This document shows, in pieces, positions 25,414 to 32,505 of a stretch of DNA of 38,389 bases. Position 1 is the stretch's first letter; each line of letters starts with the position of its first letter. The notes under the pieces were generated by a model that worked only from the letters and a program-made list of their open reading frames with translations, ran no database searches and was not told the DNA's origin. The translations under genes were made by a program, and so were the position numbers. This DNA comes from Deltaproteobacteria bacterium CG_4_8_14_3_um_filter_43_13 (lineage in GTDB: Bacteria > Desulfobacterota > UBA8473), in the NCBI GenBank assembly GCA_002782605.1, contig PFIF01000184.1, positions 1-38,389 on the forward strand, read 5' to 3'.

Positions 25414-26631
25414 ATGAGGGACGTCCTAGCAATGATCATGGCAGGGGGGGGCGGACAGCGGCTTTATCCATTAACCCGTGACAGGGCCAAACCGGCAGTC
25501 TGTTTCGGAGGAATATACCGCTTGATCGACTTCACATTAAGCAATTGCATCAATTCAAGAGCTCGAAAGATTGTGGTCCTGACCCAATACAAATCCCTGT
25601 CACTGGAGCGGCATTTGAGGTTGGGGTGGGATATGTTAGATTCAGAACTTGACGAATATATATTTCCGATCCCTGCCCAGATGAGGACCAGCGGGGAATG
25701 GTATAAGGGGACGGCAGACAGCATCTATCAGAATTTATACTTTGCCGATACAGTAAATCCCCGGTATTTCCTGATCCTCTCAGCGGATCATGTGTACAAA
25801 ATGGACTATTCCAAAATGCTCGCCTTTCATCAAGAGAAAGGCGCCGATGTTACTGTGGCCGCCATAGAGATCGATCAGACCGTCGCATCTCGGTTCGGTA
25901 TACTGAAGGTGGATGAAGAAGACAGTGTGATAGGTTTTGAGGAAAAGCCTGAGAGAATCGAGGTTTCACCCGGCAGCAAGCAGTCCCTCTTTGCCAACAT
26001 GGGGGTCTATATCTTCAATAGTGACATCTTAAGAGAATCACTTGAGGAGGATGCCCATAAAGAGACCAATCACGACTTTGGCAAGGACATTATCCCGGAG
26101 ATAATCCACAAAGCGAGGGTCTTTGCGCATAACTTTAGAGATGAAAACAAGAAGGAAGCCAAATACTGGAGGGATGTTGGCACCATCGATGCTTACTTTA
26201 ATGCCAATATGGACCTGGTTACACCGGATCCAGCACTGAACCTTTATGACTCTGACTGGCCCATACGTACCTATCAAGGTCATTACCCTCCTGCCAAGAC
26301 CGTCTTTGCGCAGGAATATCCTGGTGGAAGGTTGGGTATCTGTCTCGATTCTATGGTCTCAGGGGGATGTATAATTAGCGGCGGCAGGGTGCAAAACTCT
26401 GTCCTCTCTCCCCGTGTTAGAATCAACAGTTACGCTGATATTCGGGAATCCGTTTTGATGGAAGGTGTAGAGGTAGGCAGACATTCTAAGATCAGGAGGT
26501 CTATCATAGATAAAAGAATAAAGATACCTCAAGGAACAGAGATCGGTTATGACCTGGAAGCGGACAGAAAGCGGTTTTTTGTAAGTGAGTCAGGGATAGT
26601 GGTTATACCTAAAGGCACTAAAATTCCATAA
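25414..26631 (+). CDS. glgC: Glucose-1-phosphate adenylyltransferase
   Basis: Motifs seen are AMIMAGGGGQRLYPLTRDRAKPAVCFGGIYRLIDFTLSNCINS and ...WYKGTADSIYQN... The C-terminal part is a left-handed beta-helix region. Confidence 0.9.
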   Translation: MRDVLAMIMAGGGGQRLYPLTRDRAKPAVCFGGIYRLIDFTLSNCINSRARKIVVLTQYKSLSLERHLRLGWDMLDSELDEYIFPIPAQMRTSGEWYKGTADSIYQNLYFADTVNPRYFLILSADHVYKMDYSKMLAFHQEKGADVTVAAIEIDQTVASRFGILKVDEEDSVIGFEEKPERIEVSPGSKQSLFANMGVYIFNSDILRESLEEDAHKETNHDFGKDIIPEIIHKARVFAHNFRDENKKEAKYWRDVGTIDAYFNANMDLVTPDPALNLYDSDWPIRTYQGHYPPAKTVFAQEYPGGRLGICLDSMVSGGCIISGGRVQNSVLSPRVRINSYADIRESVLMEGVEVGRHSKIRRSIIDKRIKIPQGTEIGYDLEADRKRFFVSESGIVVIPKGTKIP

Positions 26632-26847
26632 TCAGTCAAATAGTCCACTCAGCGAAATACCTTCTTGAAATACCTTCTTTCTTAACACCATCCCCGAAGA
26701 TACAATTAGTTCGCCCTGAAAAATTCCCTTTTCCAAACATTTGAATAATTCTGAAGTTTCCTGAGTTTTTATACACAGTGTTTCTAGCCCATTGAAATAA
26801 ATGAGGGAAAAAGGGTAAGCGATGATATGGTTATAGCTATTGATCAT
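26632..26847 (-). CDS. Hypothetical 71-aa ORF (weak)
   Basis: It is the only open frame in the 353-bp gap between the convergent glgC and metF genes. I recognise no motif and see no clear ribosome-binding site. Confidence 0.2.
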   Translation of the reverse strand: MINSYNHIIAYPFSLIYFNGLETLCIKTQETSELFKCLEKGIFQGELIVSSGMVLRKKVFQEGISLSGLFD

Positions 26848-26984
26848 GGGGACATCCGAAAGAAGTATGGGGAGAAGATGGAGTATATAGCAAAGATTCG
26901 TGATGGTAGTGAGAAGGAGATTGAAGAGGGTTACTGGTACATGTCAACGGCGGGTTGGTTATGCGAGGGGTTATCTTCCCATTC

Positions 26985-27872
26985 TCAGACCAATCTTGCA
27001 GCGGCCATTATATCGGGCACCAGCTCCTCTCTCCCTATAGCCATGATGTGCACACCGTCACACATCCTCTCCTCCTGAATCCGCATGATCATACGGCCGG
27101 CAATCTCTATCCCCTTTTCTATAGCCCTACCTTTAGGCGCGGAGGCCATTTCATCGATCGGCTCCTGTGGTACGTTGACTCCGGCAACGTTCTTATTCAT
27201 AAACCGTGCCATAGGAGCGGAGGTTAGAAGGATGATGCCGGCTAGTATCTTTGCGGGAAACTGTCTGGCGTAGTCCATAAATTGTTTAAATCTGTCAAGG
27301 TCGTACACTGCCTGGGTCTGGATAAACTCGGTGCCTGCCTCAATCTTCTTTTCAAATTTTATAAGCTGGGGCTCGAGAGGGTTGGCCTCGGGGGTAACTA
27401 TAGCGCCGGCACAAAAAGAGATGCCTCCATCCAGGTCGTTCCCTGCCAGGTCCTTCCCTCTTTCCAATCTTCTGATCGCCGCCAACAACTGACTCGAATC
27501 CAGGTCAAAGACGCTCTTGGCCTCTTTGTGGTCACCCAGAAGGACTGAATCACCCGTGAGACAAAGGACATTATGAATCCCTCTGCTTGAGGCAAAGAGA
27601 AGATCTGCCTGTAATGCCAACCGGTTCCGGTCCCTACAGGTCATCTGCAATATGGGTTCTCCGCCCATCTCTTTGATCAAGAGAGCACCTCCCAGGGAAG
27701 GAAACCGCATAACCGAACTCTGATGATCTGTAATATTTATGGCATCCACCTTATCTTTCAGAAGCTCGATATGGTGGACCATCTTCTCCAGATTTGTCCC
27801 TTTCGGTGGCGCTACCTCAGAGGTAACCACAAATTTGCCCGATTCCAGTGCCTTTTTAAATGAGGAAACCAT
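26985..27872 (-). CDS. metF: 5,10-methylenetetrahydrofolate reductase, small acetogen-type MetF
   Basis: 295 aa. KFVVTSEVAPPKG contains the catalytic Glu context. Also seen are ...INITDH..., LCLTGD (the Asp of the folate site) and a TIM-barrel pattern. It follows metV. Confidence 0.85.
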   Translation of the reverse strand: MVSSFKKALESGKFVVTSEVAPPKGTNLEKMVHHIELLKDKVDAINITDHQSSVMRFPSLGGALLIKEMGGEPILQMTCRDRNRLALQADLLFASSRGIHNVLCLTGDSVLLGDHKEAKSVFDLDSSQLLAAIRRLERGKDLAGNDLDGGISFCAGAIVTPEANPLEPQLIKFEKKIEAGTEFIQTQAVYDLDRFKQFMDYARQFPAKILAGIILLTSAPMARFMNKNVAGVNVPQEPIDEMASAPKGRAIEKGIEIAGRMIMRIQEERMCDGVHIMAIGREELVPDIMAAARLV

Positions 27873-27926
27873 GATCTTCGAATCCTTTCCTTCGAAAAAG
27901 TATTAAATCGTTTACAGTCCACAGTT

Positions 27927-27943
27927 AAACGGTTAAACCGTTT
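27927..27943. promoter_or_regulatory. 17-bp palindrome AAACGGTT-a-AACCGTTT in the metV-metF gap
   Basis: It has perfect 8-bp arms and lies 55 nt upstream of the metF start. It is related to ACCGTTT-containing motifs at 36187-36198 and 32433-32460. Confidence 0.4.
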
Positions 27944-28017
27944 TTAAAACCTGCACCAGAGAGCGGGAAAGGGAATTTTTAAGTGTGAACTCGTCAGACT
28001 TCATTAGAAACCTTGCC

Positions 28018-28671
28018 CTAAGATGCTGAGATCACTAATTTCCCAGGCTTAGGCTCTCCCTGGTGATTCCTGGGCTGTTGAAACCTTCTCATGGCATCCA
28101 GAGTGCCTAAGTCCTTTAAACGATTATATATCAAGGTCCAGGCGCAGTCCTTTGCGCTGTCTATCTCACACTTTCCATTGTTGGTGCCGCCACAGGGGCC
28201 ATTCACTAAACCCTTATGGCACGAAGTAACAGGACAAATCCCGCCTGTTTCACCAAGTATGCATGCCCCGCACTGGAGGCATATCTCGTCAAACTGACCT
28301 AAAGCGGTTTCCTTCCCGATAAACAGGGTATCCAGTGCAGGGACAACCAGCTTCTTTAACTGTCTTGCCACGGTTTGGACACCGAAGGCACAGGTCATTA
28401 TGAAAAGCACATCTGCCTGAGCTATCTGTTGACCGTATTTACTCAAGGCATCTCCAGTCAAGTTGTCACAGGCAACAGGCAACACCACACCCCCGGTAAT
28501 CAGCTTGCCCTTATCTGACAGCCTTTCCTTCATGGCTTCCACTTCAGGCTCTCCACCTGTGTGTGTCAAAGTAACGCATGTCCCGCATCCTATTATGAAA
28601 ACCCTTCCCAATCCCTCGAGAAGCCGCAGAATCTCCTCTTCTGATTTTTGTTGTGTAATAGACCTGATCAT
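28018..28671 (-). CDS. metV: MetV (MTHFR C-terminal-domain / zinc-ribbon Fe-S subunit)
   Basis: The Cys-rich C-terminal half is CLQCGACILGETGGICPVTSCHKGLVNGPCGGTNNGKCE, typical of MetV. It has a 4-nt overlap with the upstream gene. Confidence 0.8.
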   Translation of the reverse strand: MIRSITQQKSEEEILRLLEGLGRVFIIGCGTCVTLTHTGGEPEVEAMKERLSDKGKLITGGVVLPVACDNLTGDALSKYGQQIAQADVLFIMTCAFGVQTVARQLKKLVVPALDTLFIGKETALGQFDEICLQCGACILGETGGICPVTSCHKGLVNGPCGGTNNGKCEIDSAKDCAWTLIYNRLKDLGTLDAMRRFQQPRNHQGEPKPGKLVISAS

Positions 28672-31600
28672 ATTGTTGTCCTCTCCTTTTCCAAGTCACA
28701 TCTGAGGCATCTCATAGCCTCACGGTAGGCCTGCTCTTTAGAAAAGCCTTTCTCAACTTCCCGGAAGTCTTTCACCCTTTCCTCTGGTCTCTCGAGTTCG
28801 ATATTGATTCTTGGCCTTTCTTCAGTTGTTTCCTGGTCCAGCGCCAGGCCTGCATCCTCCTTCATGGATGTCTTCTCATCTACGATCTCTATGCGACCTG
28901 TATCACCTTGAAGGTATTTATCTATAGCAATGGATGCCCTCCTCCCCAGGGCTATGGCATTTATCACAACACTTGGACCTGTAGTAAAATCGCCCCCTGC
29001 AAAGACCCCCGGGACATTCGTCGCCAGACGGTTTTCCTCCACCTCCAGACTGCCCCACAGGGCTCGCTCAAGCTGGCTGTCTTCAGACAGGAAAGATATG
29101 TCAGGGGCCTGTCCAACGGAAATAATCACGGCTTCAGCATCCACCATCAGTGCTGTTTTCTCATCCACACTGATACGGGAACGGCCTTCTTCGTTGAAGA
29201 CGGTGATGCTGCGTGCGAACTCCATACCGGTTATCTTCCCGTGCCGATGTATGATCCGCTTCGGCGCCCAGGAAGGATTGATGATGACCCCTTCCTCAAT
29301 GGCCTCCTCAATGTCTTTTTCCCAGGCCGGCATCTCTTCTTTGGTTCTCCGATAGAATATCTGAACATCCGATGCGCCCACCCGCAAGGCGGTTCTGGCA
29401 ACGTCAAAAGCCACATTTCCTCCCCCGATAACGATAACCTTTCCTTTCAGTTCTATATTCTTACCCAGTTTTACATCTCTCAAAAACTGAAGACCGTAAT
29501 ATAGCCCTTCCAGACCCTCTTCTTCGCCCGCGATCTCGATCCGAAGACTTGCATGGGCACCCGCTGCAATAAAAACAGCGCCATACCCTTCTGCCATCAA
29601 GTCATTGACTGTATGCCGGGCATCAATCGGGGAGTTATAACGGATATCTACCCCACGGCTCTCGATATAATCCACCTCTTCTTCAATGACCTTCCGCGGT
29701 AGGCGAAACTCAGGGACAGCAATCCCCAGCATTCCGCCGGCAACCGATTGTGCCTCGAATACCGTCACCTTATAACCCATTTTAGCAAGAAAATAGGCAC
29801 AGGTTAAACCGGCGGGCCCTGCGCCCACTACGGCAATTTTTTTATCTTTAGTTGCCTGAAAAGGCTCACTTGCCCGTCCTATGTGTTCGAAGTACCAGTC
29901 CGAAGCAAAACGCTTGAGTGATCTGATAGCCACGGGATCGTCCAGCTCACCTCGACGGCATTTCAACTCACATGGATGGATGCAGATACGTCCGCACACT
30001 GCAGGAAAGGGATTCCTCTCCCGGATAATCTCCACGGCCTTTTCGTAATTGTTGCGTGCTATGGCTGCTACATAGTTTGGCACATCAATACCTGCAGGAC
30101 AGGCATGCTGGCAGGCTGAGATAACCATGGAATCACATGTTGCCCCTTCACAGCGGTGTTCCAGGATGTGGTCTTCATATTCCTTCATGAAATAGTTCAG
30201 GGTAGAAAGGGCAGGTTTGGGGCACGTCTGGCCAAGCCCGCAGAGGGATGACTCAGTAATCGTCTCCCCGAGTTCCTGTATGGTCTTGATATCCTCGAGT
30301 CTACCCCTGCCCTGGGTGATGCGGGTCAGTATCTCCAGCAACTGGGTTGTACCCACACGACATGGGGTACACTTCCCGCAGGATTCCGCCTGGGTAAAGC
30401 TCAGGAAAAACCGGGCGATCTCCACCATACAGTTGTTCTCATCCATGACCACCATCCCGCCTGATCCCATAATTGCGCCTATCCGCTGTAGGGTATCGTA
30501 ATCTATAGGCAAATTCAAATACTGGGAAGGCACGCATCCGCCCGATGGCCCCCCCATCTGCACCGCCTTGAACTTTCTCCCCTTGAGGATACCACCGCCA
30601 ATATCAAAGACCACCTCTTTCATGGTCACGCCAATGGGAACCTCCACCAGACCGGTGTTATTCACCTTACCTACCAGCGAGAATATCTTTGTGCCCTTAC
30701 TCTTTTCTGTACCTATCTCTGTATACCACCCAACCCCATTTTTGATAATCAACGGAACATTTGCCCATGTCTCCACGTTATTGATATTGCTGGGTTTCCC
30801 ATCCAGTCCTGCCTGAGCAGGAAACGGCGGCCGGGCCCTCGGCATTCCCCGCTTCCCCTCAATAGATGACATCAGGGCGGTTTCCTCGCCACAGACAAAT
30901 GCCCCTGCACCCTTCTTCAGGGAAATATCAAGGTTAAAACCAGCTCCCAGGATATTTTCCCCCAAAAGTCCCCGCTCTCTCATCTGTTCTAAAGCAATAC
31001 CCAAGTGCTCGACTGCAATGGGGTATTCCTCCCTCACATAAATATACCCGTATTCTGCCCCTATGGCATACGCTCCGATGAGCATCCCCTCAAGGACAGC
31101 ATGGGGGTCCCCTTCCAGAACTGAACGATCCATAAAGGCTCCGGGGTCTCCTTCATCTGCATTGCAGATTATATATTTGGGTCGTCCCGGTGCCTGACGG
31201 GCAAATTTCCATTTCAGCCCTGTCGAAAAACCTGCCCCACCCCTGCCTCTCAGTTTTGAGTCAGTTACATCATTTATTACCTCTTCAGGGGTCATACTGG
31301 AAAGGGCTTTGCCAATAGCCCCATATCCTCCAGCGGCGATGTAATCCTCAATATTGGTAGGATCAATCTGCCCGCAATTGGCCAGAACCCTCCTCACCTG
31401 TTTGCCGAAAAAGGGGATATCTTTTTCACATGTAATCTTCTCCCTACTCTCAGGATCTGTATAAAGGAGTCGCTCTACAGGTTTGCCATGGATAAGGGTT
31501 TCGGAGACAATCTCAGGTACATCATCCGTCTCCACCTTGTTATAGAAGATATTATCAGGGTCAACAGCCATAACCGGCCCATTTTCACAGAAACCCCTGC

Positions 31601-31802
31601 AGCCTGTTTTCTTTATTTCTACCTTATCTTCTAAACCACTGATGGTGAGTTCTTGTTTGAAGGCATCAATGATTTTGAGAGATCCTCCAGCACGGCATCC
31701 TGTGCTACAGCATACCTTGACAACCTGCCGTTTAGGGTCACGTTTGCTGAGGATGTTCTGCCGAAGGGCCTCCAGATCTGAAGGGCTTTCAATCTTCTTC
31801 AT
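28668..31802 (-). CDS. NuoF/HydB-like FMN-NADH subunit fused to a GltD/NfnB-like FAD-NAD(P)H oxidoreductase module
   Basis: At the N-terminus is a thioredoxin-like 2Fe-2S domain (CCSTGCRAGG...CRGFCENGP). The NuoF core follows (GRGGAGFSTGLKW, GEETALMSSIEGKRGMPR, ESCGKCTPCRVG...LCGLGQ). Next is the GltD-type Fe-S region (CQHACPAGIDVPNY...CGRICIHPCELKCRRG). Two Rossmann motifs follow (KKIAVVGAGPAGLTCAYFL and KVIVIGGGNVAFDVA). The total is 1044 aa. Confidence 0.85.
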   Translation of the reverse strand: MKKIESPSDLEALRQNILSKRDPKRQVVKVCCSTGCRAGGSLKIIDAFKQELTISGLEDKVEIKKTGCRGFCENGPVMAVDPDNIFYNKVETDDVPEIVSETLIHGKPVERLLYTDPESREKITCEKDIPFFGKQVRRVLANCGQIDPTNIEDYIAAGGYGAIGKALSSMTPEEVINDVTDSKLRGRGGAGFSTGLKWKFARQAPGRPKYIICNADEGDPGAFMDRSVLEGDPHAVLEGMLIGAYAIGAEYGYIYVREEYPIAVEHLGIALEQMRERGLLGENILGAGFNLDISLKKGAGAFVCGEETALMSSIEGKRGMPRARPPFPAQAGLDGKPSNINNVETWANVPLIIKNGVGWYTEIGTEKSKGTKIFSLVGKVNNTGLVEVPIGVTMKEVVFDIGGGILKGRKFKAVQMGGPSGGCVPSQYLNLPIDYDTLQRIGAIMGSGGMVVMDENNCMVEIARFFLSFTQAESCGKCTPCRVGTTQLLEILTRITQGRGRLEDIKTIQELGETITESSLCGLGQTCPKPALSTLNYFMKEYEDHILEHRCEGATCDSMVISACQHACPAGIDVPNYVAAIARNNYEKAVEIIRERNPFPAVCGRICIHPCELKCRRGELDDPVAIRSLKRFASDWYFEHIGRASEPFQATKDKKIAVVGAGPAGLTCAYFLAKMGYKVTVFEAQSVAGGMLGIAVPEFRLPRKVIEEEVDYIESRGVDIRYNSPIDARHTVNDLMAEGYGAVFIAAGAHASLRIEIAGEEEGLEGLYYGLQFLRDVKLGKNIELKGKVIVIGGGNVAFDVARTALRVGASDVQIFYRRTKEEMPAWEKDIEEAIEEGVIINPSWAPKRIIHRHGKITGMEFARSITVFNEEGRSRISVDEKTALMVDAEAVIISVGQAPDISFLSEDSQLERALWGSLEVEENRLATNVPGVFAGGDFTTGPSVVINAIALGRRASIAIDKYLQGDTGRIEIVDEKTSMKEDAGLALDQETTEERPRINIELERPEERVKDFREVEKGFSKEQAYREAMRCLRCDLEKERTTI

Positions 31803-32301
31803 CTATAACATCCTTTAATTTTTCTTTCTCCTCTTTACCGTACTCTACCAGTATGTTATTTACCTTTGGTGGAGAAAGTTTCCCAAAGTAGGCTCTATTG
31901 ACCATCGTAGTAGGTGCAAGGGCACATGCCCCAAGACAGGCGGTAGTCTCAAGGGTAAACTGATAATCAGAGGTGGTCTCTCCTTCATTCAGCGCCAGCT
32001 CTCTCTTTACCAATCTCAGGATACTCTGACCGCCTTTGACATGACAGGCCGTTCCGCGGCATACTCTGAGTACGTATTTACCCTTAGGCTTTACGGAAAA
32101 TCCTGAGTAAAAAGATATTACTCCCTGGACCTCGGTTGGAAACAGTTTCATGGCACTGGCAATCAAATTAATGGACTCTGGCGGGACATAACCGAACGTT
32201 TCCTGAATATCCTGCAGCAGAGGAATAAGCCCCCATTTCTCGTCTCGGTGTTCGCCGATGATGGAGGTGAGTTTATCCCAATCGATCTCTTTCGGCTTCA
32301 T
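31789..32301 (-). CDS. NuoE/HydC-like [2Fe-2S] subunit
   Basis: 170 aa. The motifs RVCRGTACHVKGG...TTACLGACALAP give the C-x4-C-x35-C-x3-C pattern. It has a 14-nt overlap with the NuoF-fusion gene. Confidence 0.85.
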   Translation of the reverse strand: MKPKEIDWDKLTSIIGEHRDEKWGLIPLLQDIQETFGYVPPESINLIASAMKLFPTEVQGVISFYSGFSVKPKGKYVLRVCRGTACHVKGGQSILRLVKRELALNEGETTSDYQFTLETTACLGACALAPTTMVNRAYFGKLSPPKVNNILVEYGKEEKEKLKDVIDEED

Positions 32302-32336
32302 TCGTTTTCTCCCCTATCCCTAAACCTTCTCAAGTT

Positions 32337-32505
32337 GTAACTACTCAGACAGGCACAAAGGCACAGAGCACCAAAGGCACAAAGTATAGTTCAGTTATCA
32401 GTTATCAGTTACCAGTTATCGGTTAATTATTAACTGTAAACTGTTAACCGTAAACCGTATTTTTAGTGCCTATGTGCCTTTGTCTCTTTGTGCCTGAATA
32501 GTTAC
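32337..32505. repeat. About 170-bp long imperfect palindromic element with a central array of ten 7-nt units
   Basis: The ends are GTAACTACTCAGACAGGCACAAAGGCAC... and the inverted ...GTGCCTTTGTCTCTTTGTGCCTGAATAGTTAC. The centre (32391-32460) is TCAGTTA x3, CCAGTTA, TCGGTTA, ATTATTA, ACTGTAA, ACTGTTA, ACCGTAA, ACCGTAT, with dyad symmetry about 32429. The right arm overlaps the last 12 codons of the FdhA-like CDS. Confidence 0.7.

Noticed and set aside
26827-27078. The 83-aa plus-strand ORF in the glgC-metF gap.
   Set aside because: Its 3' third overlaps the metF coding region on the other strand, and there is no ribosome-binding site or recognisable motif. The first 45 codons could be real, but I cannot support that.
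28908-29504. Long antisense ORFs inside strongly supported genes. Examples: 28908-29504 (+, 198 aa), 24613-25047 (-, 144 aa), 3761-4216 (+, 151 aa), 33506-33955 (+, 149 aa), 983-1405 (-, 140 aa).
   Set aside because: Each lies wholly within a gene on the opposite strand that has clear family motifs. Their translations have biased, low-complexity composition and no recognisable motifs or ribosome-binding sites.
32391-32460. The tandem array of ten 7-nt units as a CRISPR or minisatellite locus.
   Set aside because: The units are only 7 nt with no spacers, and the array is dyad-symmetric. It is the centre of a long palindromic repeat element, not a CRISPR array.
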